DNA of 64,000 bases from Dimorphilus gyrociliatus. Lineage: Eukaryota > Animalia > Annelida. Under the pieces are notes generated by a model. That model had not been told where the DNA came from. It ran no database searches and worked only from the letters and a program-made list of their open reading frames with translations. The stretch covers positions 3,723,409 to 3,787,408 of the forward strand of contig CAJFCJ010000019.1 in NCBI GenBank assembly GCA_904063045.1, given 5' to 3'. Shown piece by piece: positions 29,469 to 41,307 of this stretch (positions are counted from its first letter, which is position 1; the number at the start of each line of letters is the position of its first letter). Both the position numbers and the translations under genes were made by a program.

Positions 29469-32201
29469 ATGAGCGACGCCGACAGACTCGATTCCGACAT
29501 AATACGCTTGTCGATAGATGGGGAATTGACAAGCATTTTACGGAATTATCGTTGTTTTTTAAAGAAAATCTTTGCTATCGAATCTCTAAAACGTGATGAC
29601 TCTGTCATTCGTAATGCTGTTCGACGATACGAAACTATTTGGTTGCGGTTGCTTAAAGAAGAAGGTGATCGATCGAAGGAGATCAACCCGCCTCTGGACG
29701 TCGAATGGATATGGACCGTTCACATGACATATCCGAAGGAATATCGCAGTGATTGCAAGAATTTGATTGGTTTCGTACCGGATCATACTATCAGGGATCC
29801 GAATGACAACTCTTTGGCCAGGAAGAAGGGAGAAAAACTATGGAAAGAATTTACTGCAGGAGATGAACCTTACGAAACGGACTTAAGTAGAGCCCCGCCC
29901 ATTAATTCGACAAATCAGACAGCCTTGTCTGTTGATTTATTAGAATGTGCTAAAAGACAGGCCGATTTTTACTATGATATCTCTCTTCCGCATTTTGGCG
30001 ATAAAATTTTCCTGCAAAACGCTCAAGAACGATACAAGCTATTCTCAAAGCTAACTGCTAGATTAGGCCGTTATTTATTCGCTCCAACGGATATTCGGTT
30101 CGTTTGCAAATGCCACATGCTACATCCCCATTCCTTCAACAAAGACACGGACGTTTGGGGTGCTCAGCATATCGATTTGGAAAAGATGGAACTGGCCGAT
30201 AAGCAGTTCAGTATTAATGCCTGGAAGGAGATGATTGGTTCCTCATTATTCGCTCCTGGTTCATTGTCTAGAGGACCAAGCCCTGAAAATAGATTGGATC
30301 AGGTTGACATTAGTGATATTCACCAGTCTGCCGGAAGGATTACTGTAAGGGTAACAATTGTTGCAGCCAAGTTAACTATTGGTCATAAGGTTAACAAGGC
30401 AAAAATAAAAATTTTCGAAATGGAAGAGAAAGAAGGTGATGAGAAGGATATAAAACATAAAAAAGAAAAAGGTAGAACCGTATGGAATTCTCATCAAACA
30501 AAAATTCGTGATGACTCTATGTTTGTTCTAAATGGAGCTAACAAGTTTCAATTGACCATTAATCCTCCACACGTTCTCAAGGTAAACGTGGAAGTTAATC
30601 AAGGCGGCATTAAGAGCGTAAAAAGTTTCTTTAAACCAAAAATGTATCAATTCGATGGCTTTCTAATTGTAGACGCCGCCCGAGCTTTTATAGAACATAA
30701 TAAGGCGGAATTATCCGTCAAATTGGATTCAGGAAATTCACCGAATGTCTTTTTGGAATTAGCATTGCGATTCTCAAGACCGTATCTTTCAGATTTAGTT
30801 TTTAACTTAGTTCAGGGTAACTTTACTACCAAGGAAATGCCTCAGACTGAAGAAAGCCTGTGGGGTCCTGTACCTTTGGCATCCCTTCCAGAAGATGTTA
30901 AACATAATTGTGCTGTTGCAAATCATGTACTGTATCCAGATTCTGCTCCCGATGAGAGACCGTTTCATATTACAGTCATTCATTCATTACTCTTAAAAAC
31001 TTCCGCTATCCAAGTATTCGCAAAACGTCGTTTAGTCTGCGTCGCTCATACTGTTGGTAATGACCAATTGCCAACGTCTTCCTTGGTATCAGATACAAAA
31101 AAGATACCTAGTTTAGACGTGGCTAAGGGAGAAAGAGCGATACTGATCAAAGACAAAAATGGTGATTGGGCAATTATTAAAGGCATCTGGCAAGATAAAA
31201 ATAAAAGAACACCAAGCCATTTGAAATTAATAATCTACTACGTTCGAAATGATCCTTCTGACGCAGACGAGTACACAGCTTTTGATCGGAAGACGAATGT
31301 TTTGCGCATGAAAACTGTAAACGTGTCCTTGCAAACTGGTCGTATTCGGGCCCAGCCAGAAGGAACGCCCGGACGAGACAAAACTATTGACGTAGCGCCG
31401 TCTATTGCCTTTGCTTTTACCGTTGCCGTATTGTGCACGTTGTGCGAGCCCAGGCCGCAACAACTGAGGCAAAAGGACATCTCTAAAACAGATTCTACCG
31501 ATGGTATAGGAAGGGGTAATACGTTTGCGGACGATCTAGTTAGGGGGCTTAGAGATGAGCATAAGCCTACGTTTGTGGACTCTGGAGGCTTCTTGGAGAC
31601 TGTCGCTTCTAATGCCATGCTTTTCTTGGCAGCAAAGGGTTTAATGAATGTTTTAGGTGGCGGTCCGCGACGAAATAGGCGACGATCTTCCAGTTTATCT
31701 CTAACTAGACGAGAAGAGGAAGAAAGAGATGCTGCTGAAATTGAGGAAAGAATGCTCTATGGGACTGGCTACGAGGAAGATGAACCAAATTTTGATAATC
31801 TTACCAATTACTATTCTGGTATGAACGAGGACGTTGCCACTGACGTCTTTTGCCCGTGGGGTGAGACTGGCGATGATTTCGTACAAGCTATTGAGGCTGG
31901 TCAAGATTTGGATGACGCTCTAAACAATCTTGATATTAATGGATATCACGACGAACCGGATATGGATCCACTAACGGATGCATACTATGGAGGAAACGAA
32001 GAATACGTTGAAGAAGAACTTGGTAGGAATTACGAAGAGAACGAGGAAAATCATGATGGTCATGATCATAATGACTACACGACGGAAGAGGCTAATTGGA
32101 GCCATGATGATACTGGTGATACTGCAGACATTGTCGAAATTGATCGAGGATCAGTTGGTGGAGGATCTGTTGGTGGTCATTCTGTAGGAATGGATGATTA
32201 A
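29469..32201 (+). CDS. Glycine-rich-domain-containing protein (GRDP)-like / DUF1399 family protein, single coding exon
   Basis: 910-aa ORF. The N-terminus (AVRRYETIWL...PPLDVEWIWTVHMTYPKEYRSDC; FYYDISLPHF...RYKLF; PTDIRFVCKCHMLHP) matches the duplicated DUF1399/GRDP motif pattern, and the tail is acidic. An acceptor tttcag immediately before the ATG suggests a 5'-UTR intron. Confidence 0.75.
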   Translation: MSDADRLDSDIIRLSIDGELTSILRNYRCFLKKIFAIESLKRDDSVIRNAVRRYETIWLRLLKEEGDRSKEINPPLDVEWIWTVHMTYPKEYRSDCKNLIGFVPDHTIRDPNDNSLARKKGEKLWKEFTAGDEPYETDLSRAPPINSTNQTALSVDLLECAKRQADFYYDISLPHFGDKIFLQNAQERYKLFSKLTARLGRYLFAPTDIRFVCKCHMLHPHSFNKDTDVWGAQHIDLEKMELADKQFSINAWKEMIGSSLFAPGSLSRGPSPENRLDQVDISDIHQSAGRITVRVTIVAAKLTIGHKVNKAKIKIFEMEEKEGDEKDIKHKKEKGRTVWNSHQTKIRDDSMFVLNGANKFQLTINPPHVLKVNVEVNQGGIKSVKSFFKPKMYQFDGFLIVDAARAFIEHNKAELSVKLDSGNSPNVFLELALRFSRPYLSDLVFNLVQGNFTTKEMPQTEESLWGPVPLASLPEDVKHNCAVANHVLYPDSAPDERPFHITVIHSLLLKTSAIQVFAKRRLVCVAHTVGNDQLPTSSLVSDTKKIPSLDVAKGERAILIKDKNGDWAIIKGIWQDKNKRTPSHLKLIIYYVRNDPSDADEYTAFDRKTNVLRMKTVNVSLQTGRIRAQPEGTPGRDKTIDVAPSIAFAFTVAVLCTLCEPRPQQLRQKDISKTDSTDGIGRGNTFADDLVRGLRDEHKPTFVDSGGFLETVASNAMLFLAAKGLMNVLGGGPRRNRRRSSSLSLTRREEEERDAAEIEERMLYGTGYEEDEPNFDNLTNYYSGMNEDVATDVFCPWGETGDDFVQAIEAGQDLDDALNNLDINGYHDEPDMDPLTDAYYGGNEEYVEEELGRNYEENEENHDGHDHNDYTTEEANWSHDDTGDTADIVEIDRGSVGGGSVGGHSVGMDD

Positions 32202-33098
32202 AATCCATCCAACGGATATTTCCGCTTTTACAGGGATTTACACGCTTGTTTACTTACCGATTTTACACTTCTATGTTATTCTATACATATAAAGTACATT
32301 TGTATGTATTTCTATATTATACACTTTACATGTACAATTATATATATTTTTGATGAAAAAAAGCCTCTTCTTGTCGAGACTTTTTCTTTTTCCCTTTTTT
32401 TTTGACTTTTTATTACATTTGTCAAAAAAACACTATATTTCTAAAAATAACGATGCTCAGCTAAAGAAAATATTCAATACCTTTAGATTGCATTCTTTAC
32501 TTATTCTATTGTTAATCGTATATACAGTATGTATATATTTTTTTCTCTTATTTCATCCTTTCCCGTTTTTCCTCTTGTGATTAATGTACTATGTAATATA
32601 CCCTTCACCCTTTTAAATTTGATGTTTTAATATACTATATATTATATATATATAGTATTTATTTATATTTCTCAGTGGTTTTCACGTCTAAAAGCTTCCA
32701 TCTTGCAATAGTTCGTTTTTTTTTCTTTTTTTATACTCTGACAGTGAGAAAGAGAGGTCGATCAGTTTGTTTTTGTCATATAATTACACGTTACTAAAAT
32801 ATTATTTTTTTTATTAAATATAACAAAAAGACTAATTAAAAAGGTTAAAAAATAGAATCCTCTTATTTCTATACTAATTGCCAGCATCTTCATTATTTTC
32901 ATTTTCTATATATTGAAAATAGTACTTATAGATAGAAGTACAAAAGAAACACACATATATATATATATATAGTAACTTCGTTTTCTTAATGAATAGACAG
33001 ACATAAAAAATAATAATAACAAAAAGGATCACTATTATTATTTTTCTTTTGCAACATACAAATATATTTCCTTTATTCTTAAATTTTCCCTCATTTCT

Positions 33099-35061
33099 CT
33101 AATAAACTAATTGATGATTCATCTTCAGCAGTACAACTATGTCGTTTAGTACAGAGAATGTACCTTGATAAAATGAAAAAAAGTAAACGTTATTTGAAGC
33201 GTATGAAAAAGAAGGAAAAATGGAGAAGAAAGAAGGGAGAATTGCCTCTTAAACTTACAAATATAAATTTCCGGGTAATATTAACAATATAATGGATATA
33301 ATAAATACCCAACCAGTGTAAGATTGTAGACTAAATGTATAGATCAAATTAAAGATTAAAGGTCCAAGAAGGGAAGTTAAAGCTTGAAGTGCGTGTACAA
33401 GGGCGTATATAGTTCCTGTAAAAGAGAAAGTGTACTAGTTTATCTTTAGAAAATACTCTTTATGATTTCCAAGTATAATTATTAGTATAACAATGCGGTA
33501 CTTAAGAAAGCACTTTAAAACTATCAATATATAGTATTATGGTTTATAATAAAAGTTAACCTACTATACCTTGTTCGCTAGGTAAAGCAAAGCGTGATAT
33601 GCCAGATCTAGATACGGCAAACGGTAAGAGATGAAAAGGTTGTAGTATGGAAGCTGTATAATATAGAAAAAAGGGCTTTTTCTCATCAATTATTAATTTA
33701 GATTGATAAAGAATATAGTGGCTGTTTTCGAAATTATTTTCAACTTACAGCAATAAACTTGAGTCAAATTGTTTGCAAATGTTAGAATAATTGATGAAAT
33801 TAGTTTGGAAACAACACCCAAAAAGGAAAGAGTATCGTCATTAATTCCCATCTTATAAAATATTGGTACACCTGGCCAACAGAACAGCGCACTCGATATC
33901 ATTAAGATGGCAACAAAATAGGATATTTGGATGACATTCATACATAGAGGAGGGTTTTTAAGGAATGGCACATATGTTCTCTCTTGTCCTTGTTGAATGA
34001 AAACGTAAGATTGATAAGCAATAAAAAGTGCCCATAATCTTCGATGATTCGAATTACTAAAGGAGCAGATTGACGATATACTAAAATTTTTTGGTTCTAC
34101 TATTCTTGGTATAGGAGATTCTTTTAAAAACATTGTAAATATAAGACCAATGATTGATGTTGAGCTCAAAACCAAAAATGAGAGATTATAGCCTACCAGT
34201 TCAACAATATAGCTCGCCATTAATGTTGATAGACCAAAAGTAAGGCCAATTGTCATCTCGACGATGCTTAATCGCATAGTCCTACTCTCTTCAGAATCCG
34301 TATCAGAGATATATGCGGCATTTCCTGACATAAATCCAGGTAAATTCCCAGTTAGTCCAGAGAAAACGGCGCCTAAATATACGAATAATTTCCGGTAGAT
34401 TGTACTCTGACATAGTCCCGCTAATAAGAATCCTCCAATAAACAAGATGTTTCCTATATATGGTAAATATAGAAGAAACTTTCTAGAGTGTAGTCGATCG
34501 CTCAAATATCCAAATATTAAAACACTAACAGTTGTCGGAATCAATTCAGCAGCATTAAGAATTGTTATTAATGCAGCAGATCTTTTACCTAATAGATCTG
34601 TACTTTGACTGAAAATACATAATAACATTGTTATTCGATTAAAAAAAGATGGATTAATTATTTTTTTGTTGCCTTTTTTCTTTTTATAAAAGAAACAAAA
34701 AAGTTAGAAACAAAATTTCAAATGATAAAAATAGAAAGAGATAGATAGATATATACAACTATAAACGCCATCTGACGCTCTAAATAATAGATTTCTCTCC
34801 TGTTTGCCAATAGTTAACTTGTTCTTTTTTTTCTAATATAATTATATATATATATCATAAGGGAATTGAAATATTATAATAACTATAAACGTTTATTAAC
34901 TCTGAATTGCAGACGTTCTGTAAGCTCTGGCGCCAAATTTCTGAGGTATAATTCGTTATTAATAACTCTGGAAGGAATTGTTGAAACAACGGGATAGTAG
35001 CTTGTTTACTGAAAAAGTAGATGATGGTAATTAGCTCGAATATCCATCTCTGATTTATCAT
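33099..35061 (-). CDS. MFS transporter, SLC46 (PCFT/HCP1-like) family
   Basis: Exons approximately 34901-35061, 33752-34608, 33570-33653, 33266-33417, 33099-33166. MFS motifs FGYLSDRLHSRKFLLYLPYIG and AYISDTDSEESRTMRLSIVE, and the C-terminal SRFALPSEQGTIYA...LGPLIFNLIY typical of SLC46. Confidence 0.82.
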
Positions 35062-35514
35062 TTCTTCTTTACTCTTCTTCTTTCGTTTTTACCGCTTTGT
35101 AGCTTCTTCCTTTTTCTTGCCGAAACTTGTTAACAAGGATAATCTGTAGTGAAATGAAAAGTCTTAACTTTTACAAGCCCTTTTTAATTTAATTAATCTA
35201 TTAAAACTGAATCAAATTTTAAGATAATTAGTACTCACCTCTAATTGTAATTAAATTAGAACGTTATTATTTTAAAATATGGGAAAAATAATATTCTTCC
35301 ACCAAAATATAATTAATTACAGAGCGTTTAGCTTATCTAGAGATAAAAGGCTGTATAAACTGTATTATTGCTCTTTTTATGTGTGGCGTCGAAGCGAGGT
35401 TTAGCATTTCTGACTAGTTGAGTAAAATACGCGCCTCCCTCGCCCCCACCCTTCCTCTTTCCTTTTTTCTCTCTTTTGACTCCTCTTTCCTCTTACCCAT
35501 ATCACTCTATCTGT

Positions 35515-35541
35515 TTCTCTCTCTCTCTCTCTCTCTCTCTC
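35515..35541. repeat. (CT)n microsatellite
   Basis: Directly visible ctctctct run. Confidence 0.9.
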
Positions 35542-36907
35542 GACTCCTTCATTTTTAAGTTCTAACTAACAGCTATAAATAAATCTTAACAATTCACTGT
35601 CACTCTTTAAAATTCTATTTACATCCGCTCCGAGAATTGAAATAAAACTTATCCACTAATATATAGTTACACTAATTATTTCGTCAGTTTACCTTAATGA
35701 ATAATTAAGAAATCTACCACTTTATATTCTCATTATACATCTTCGTTTTGTTTGTCAAAGGAGATAAAAAAAAAATTTTCTATTAAGTAATATTCTAAAA
35801 AAAGGTATTGTTATTTATTTTGAGTAAAGAAGATGAAGACAACAAGGTAAAAAGGAATAAGCTTATAAAAAGAAAAACTAAGGAATTATTATTTACACGT
35901 AGGTTGTATTTAGACGCTAGCTCATTTGCATATTAGTAGAGTAAATAACCTTTAAATTTTATCGGACTGCTTGTAAATCTTAATAGGCCTTTGTATAATA
36001 TATTTTAGGAATAGAAATTTTATTTTTATTATCCATTAGTAGAATTATTTTTATAAGGTTTGACTTTATTTTCGTTGAACCGTAGAAAAGTGAATGTCTA
36101 TATAATGTTATATCAATATTAAATTGTTTTATTGATGATAGAAACGTTAGGGATGTTGGATGGAATATATTTTTTTTTCTATCACGGAATAAATTCACTG
36201 GCCTATTTCAGTGTATTTTTTCTTGTGCTTTCTTTCCACTTTTCTCTCTTCCAAGGTATGGCTATCATATTGTATCTTCTCTTTATATAGTTTCCCTTAT
36301 GTACACTTTTATAAACAACTAATTAATAAATTATAGGAAACAAAGTAGCTACTAGAAACTAGTTTTAAAAAGCTTTTACATCCTCTAGGAAATCCTACGT
36401 ATAAGTTAGATTTCTTTGATAGGATTAAAAGATAAAATGTAAAATTTAGGGTTAAAGACACATCTTGAAAATTGGATAGAAAAGAGAAAAACGTAGAACT
36501 AACCTTAGCAAAAAAAAAGCAATATAAATATAAAGCCAGCCGTAAGATAGAACGAAGGAATGATTTATGAGTGAAAACAGCGGAAAACCGTAATTTATTT
36601 CGCGGGGGAAGTCGACGCGGCTACTTTCATGTGATATTTGTTCATTCTAGGAGCGACTACGTACTGTTCGATTAATTTCATTTATTTTCTATTTTATTTT
36701 CAAATAGTATTTATTAAATTATTTAAAAAGATGCTATTGTTACTTTCCGATCTTTTTTTTATCTTTTTCTTTTCCTTTCACTTTTAAGGAATCTATTTTT
36801 TTTCTTTTCTATCTTTCCTCTTTTGCATCTCAGTTGATTCAATTAGTACTGTCACTGCCACTGTTACTCATACTACTGTAATTATGATATTATTGTTATT
36901 AATGATT

Positions 36908-36933
36908 TATTATTATTACTACTACTACTACTA

Positions 36934-36964
<31 letters not shown>

Positions 36965-36992
36965 TACTACTATTACTATTACTACAACTACT
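36908..36992. repeat. (TAT)n/(TAC)n compound trinucleotide microsatellite
   Basis: tattattattactactactactactattattat... is directly visible. Confidence 0.9.
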
Positions 36993-38138
36993 TGTACTTG
37001 TATTAATCTTCAAAGATGCTCATACACAATGTTACTAGTACTATTATTAATTATATATGTCTATTAATGATCACATAATTATTTTAATTAGTACTTTTTT
37101 TACCTACACGATTTCCTTTTTATTTTTATCATCAATCAATTATCAATGAATTGACAACATTTTAGTTGGCCTATAGTAGCAATCTGTTTTTGATCGAACG
37201 CTATAAATCATACTTAAAAAGGAGAGAAATCACGAGAAAGAGTATATTGCTTATAAGAGGAAATACGTCACTTTTAGACTAAAAAAAGAATGTTTAAGTT
37301 ATATTAAAAACATAACATTTACTCAATGATAAGGGATTGCCTTATTATTTACTTAACTATACGCCTAATTATATTATTACTTCTAAAGAACTGAATTAAA
37401 AGTCTAATGCAAAAAATCATTCATCACGATTCAAGATGAGAGCAGGAGACTAGAAGCGACATCTATATCTTGTAATCTACTACACATAGGACGAATTAAT
37501 CAATGTCTCTACGTTTACATAAAGCTAATACCATATTTATATAGTTTTAGGCCTATTAGTTAAGGCGTGCATCAACATGTATGAATATATTGCAAACGTT
37601 TCAATAGTATTCATAGAGAATCTTAGCTACTATAAAACTGGTTGTGAAAGTTGAAGTTAGTTAGTTTTGAATTGTTAGAGACATAGTTACGGATTAATCC
37701 GCAAAGAGAAGAGTGGATTATTTCTGGATTAAATATATATTTAATATATTATAGAAAAAAGGAAAAAAAAGAAAGGTATAATTTAATAATAGTAGAATTT
37801 AATGTTAATTAGTAGAGAGAAGAATGATCCCTTTTAACTGATACAGCTAAAGAGACCTATACATTAATAACAACTTAAAAAAACGATATAAAGCGTATAG
37901 GCATAATAAAAACACCATTTTTAGTTTTGGGGAGGTTTTATCCAATGTTAAGATTACATATTGTATTCAAATCTTAGAAATAATTTTTTGATTTGTGGAA
38001 TTACCGGAAAGAGTAAAAATCACGTGATCAAGCCTGCGTGAAATTCCTGGGAAATGGGAGTTTTCTATTTTATTTTATTTTAAACAATTCTTATTATTTG
38101 ATACTTACGAAGTTGTTTTATTAATTTATTTAAGAGAG

Positions 38139-40307
38139 ATGTCGGCTCCAAGTAACAAAAGAGCGATACAGCGTCTAGCAAAGGATCTGGATGAAATAGA
38201 AAAATATCCGGTTGCTAACGTTTCAGCTGCCCCTTTAGACGAAAATATGTTTGAATGGCACTGTAATTTCCTTCACGAAGACGTCATCTATCATTTAATT
38301 CTTTTCTTTCCTACACAATATCCATTTGTTTCCCCATCAGCTGAGTTCGTTCCACCAGGTTTTCGATTTCTTCGAGGAGCTACAGACGTTGGGAAAAAAG
38401 GAACGAAAATTTGTCTCTCAATATTTTCAGATTTCGCAAAATATCATACCGAATGGGCGAATGAAAAATCAATGGGATGGTCCCCTGGTTATACAGTGCA
38501 AACTGTCTTATTGAATTTGGTCGCGTTTCTTGCAGAACATCAATCTGGCTCTTCGGTCGATCATTATAATAAAGAAAATGCAAAATTGGCTGAAAAGTTT
38601 GCATGTGCCGATTGTGGTCATACTTACGCTAAACCCTTCCCACCGCTATCAACCACGGATGGTCCACCCGCTCTAGATGATGGTCCAATAGTTGTTGATT
38701 ACGTGTCCAAAACAAGAATGAATTTCAAATCTTCCCCAAAATCTAGGGATGATCTCTTTGGTTACGGTCTAATGCAGAGTGGTCCTAAAACCAGACCATC
38801 GCTAACTTCGCCATGTGAATTTATATCAGGTGAATCTTTCTTCTCTATGAAAAAATCACTTGGTACGGTTAAGTCTGTTCTGAAGGAAGATTTATCCTAT
38901 TTTCTACCGCTATATATTAATAAATCTCACGGAGACAACATTCAGAAGACGTTTGAAGAAACCATGATGGAATTGGCGGTTCTACTACCGAAATGTAATC
39001 CAAAGAAGACGTCTGTCAGCGAAATGGTTTTAAAAACCATACCCAACTTAATGAGCGCAACCGTTGTTGATTTTTCTAAGGGGCATCAACATACTAGCGA
39101 TAATCATTTAAATGGCTATTTTTCTCTCCACCGCCTTTTGCTATGGGCTATCGAGACTTATCCCGATTTGCAGAAGATAATTGACGATAGACTACAAAAT
39201 TTTATAGATAATCCCGATCAGCGATCTAAGAAAGCTTGTCCTCATATTGGCGAATGGCTTTTACTTTTAGCCGGCTCCTCCAAATACACTTGGCCCGATG
39301 CAGCCAAAGCCTATTTGGGAGAGAGTTGGAAAAGGAATGTCATGTGGTACGTCAAAGACGACGCAAAGCTTGGTATGTTGGACACAGATAAAGAGTATAG
39401 GTTATCCAAAACCCTAGCTGCTACAGCAGTTAGTAGAAAGCTATTGGCTTTTCAGGTTCTTTTTCTCGATATCGCCATGGACAAATCGTTAACTAGACAT
39501 CAGCTAATTCAGCGCTATAATGAAAATAACGGCTTTCCTACTGCTCAAATGGTTGCAGAGATGAAAGCCGCCTGTCAAAGAATCAAGGATATGAAAACTT
39601 ATGAGGATTGGTATGATATTCTAAAACTGGAAGCACCTTCAAAAGATCACATCTTTAATGAATTGAAGGAATGCGTCGAATATGCTATCAACACAAATGG
39701 CTATCACTGGACGTTCTGGGCAACAGGAGGAGGATGGGGAGAAGTTTTGAAAAGATACAAACTTTATAAACCAAAAGAGGATGATAAAGGGCAAAAAGCC
39801 AAAAAAGCTAAAGCCCCAGCTGCTAAGAAGGCGAATGTCGTACATGACGAACCAAGCGACAGCAGTATGAGTGACCACGATGAAAAACCAGCTAAACGTC
39901 GTCCTCCAAAAGCACCAGTTGCTAAAGCGAAACGGATAATTAAAGATGATGATGATGATGACGATGAAGAAGAAGTTGTTAAAAAGCCAGTAGTTGGAAG
40001 AGGAAAAAAACCGGCAAAACAACCTGCAGCAAAGAGGGGAGCATCCCAAAGAGGACGTGGACGTGGACGCGGACGCGGTAAAGCGAAAATAGAAGAATCG
40101 GAAAAAGAGTCATCATTAGAAGAAAGCTCATTGTCGGAAGAAGAAGAGCAACCTGTTAGAAAGGCTCCAGTTAAAAGGGGTAGAAGAGGGAAAGCCCCAG
40201 CCCCCGAAGTAAAACCTAAAAAAGCAAAAATAGTAGAGGAAAAACCAGCTCCAAAAGCACCCGTCAGAGGTAGAGGTCGTGGAAGAGGAAGAGGAAGAGG
40301 CAAATAA
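38139..40307 (+). CDS. Atypical ubiquitin-conjugating (UBC/E2) domain fused to an uncharacterised helical domain and a K/R/acidic RG-rich tail; intronless
   Basis: 722-aa ORF. The UBC fold pattern RLAKDLDEI...SAAPLDENMFEWH...FPTQYPFVSP...KICLSIF...GWSPGYTVQTVLL includes the active-site Cys, but HPN is replaced by GAT. A CADCGH motif and two GRGRGRGRG blocks follow. Confidence 0.8.
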   Translation: MSAPSNKRAIQRLAKDLDEIEKYPVANVSAAPLDENMFEWHCNFLHEDVIYHLILFFPTQYPFVSPSAEFVPPGFRFLRGATDVGKKGTKICLSIFSDFAKYHTEWANEKSMGWSPGYTVQTVLLNLVAFLAEHQSGSSVDHYNKENAKLAEKFACADCGHTYAKPFPPLSTTDGPPALDDGPIVVDYVSKTRMNFKSSPKSRDDLFGYGLMQSGPKTRPSLTSPCEFISGESFFSMKKSLGTVKSVLKEDLSYFLPLYINKSHGDNIQKTFEETMMELAVLLPKCNPKKTSVSEMVLKTIPNLMSATVVDFSKGHQHTSDNHLNGYFSLHRLLLWAIETYPDLQKIIDDRLQNFIDNPDQRSKKACPHIGEWLLLLAGSSKYTWPDAAKAYLGESWKRNVMWYVKDDAKLGMLDTDKEYRLSKTLAATAVSRKLLAFQVLFLDIAMDKSLTRHQLIQRYNENNGFPTAQMVAEMKAACQRIKDMKTYEDWYDILKLEAPSKDHIFNELKECVEYAINTNGYHWTFWATGGGWGEVLKRYKLYKPKEDDKGQKAKKAKAPAAKKANVVHDEPSDSSMSDHDEKPAKRRPPKAPVAKAKRIIKDDDDDDDEEEVVKKPVVGRGKKPAKQPAAKRGASQRGRGRGRGRGKAKIEESEKESSLEESSLSEEEEQPVRKAPVKRGRRGKAPAPEVKPKKAKIVEEKPAPKAPVRGRGRGRGRGRGK

Positions 40308-40570
40308 CTCTAAATAGGAAAAGATTCATGGCGAACAGAGATAAATCAAGAAAAAATCATTCAACTATTTTCAAAAGTGTTGTAATTGATATTCTAGCTG
40401 TTAATTTGTGCACATAACATTTAGTACTCAAGTCGTTTTACTGCTGTTTCTTTTGTTGTTATTTGAAAATAGTTTTAAATTTATTCTCAAATGAAAATAA
40501 ATACGCAATTATTTAGGAAAATCAAGAATAAATAACACGATATAAGTCTTAAACATTAGTCATATTGAGA

Positions 40571-40579
40571 TAGGGAGAA

Positions 40580-40613
<34 letters not shown>

Positions 40614-40630
40614 GGAGAAAGAGAGAGAGA
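40571..40630. repeat. (GA)n/(GAAA) microsatellite
   Basis: Directly visible purine repeat. Confidence 0.9.
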
Positions 40631-41307
40631 TTAATGAAATCTATTTTATATTGAGTCTCTTATAGGATATATTGTAATTATAGTGCTTTCTTTAGATGTT
40701 TACATATTTTAGAGGATTTGAACCAATAGAGGACAACCAGTAATATAATTATATACAGTAAATATATAATGCCATAGCTGTATAAGCTAAACTAGATAGT
40801 TTATCTTTATGTCCATTATATATTTAAATTAGTTATTATTACTATTTCAACTGCATAATAATCAATTATAGAATGTCCATTGTGAATTAGATTATTGAGT
40901 TTTTTTTTAAATGTTTTGTTAATTCAATCACTATGTTTTCTAGATTAATAAATATTAATTGAATGTAATTAAATGTTACTTTTTCTTTTAATAGATAACA
41001 TACTGCTTATGGATAGACAGCCGAATGTTTTTTTGATAATTTCCCACATTTTGGCCTGTATTCATGTTTTTATGATACTTTTTGAGCACTTGTATTATCA
41101 ACAAGAGCCTTTTAGAGTTCCTAGAGATACTAGTGATATCGAAATATGGTAGTATTAGTCTTTTACCTGATATTTGTAGAAATGGAATATGAACCATACT
41201 TATGTTAGTTAAACTTTTGGGGTCAATGTCAAGGCCCGTTAAGCAATAACCGGTAACCTTTATATTGTGAAATATCTTTCTGTAAAGTAAATTAAGGTTC
41301 AAGTGAG

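Noticed and set aside
35100-38100. 3-kb AT-rich region between the SLC46 and UBC genes as a possible mobile element or CRISPR-like repeat
   Set aside because: The repeats are simple microsatellites without spacers; no TIR/LTR or transposase ORF seen.
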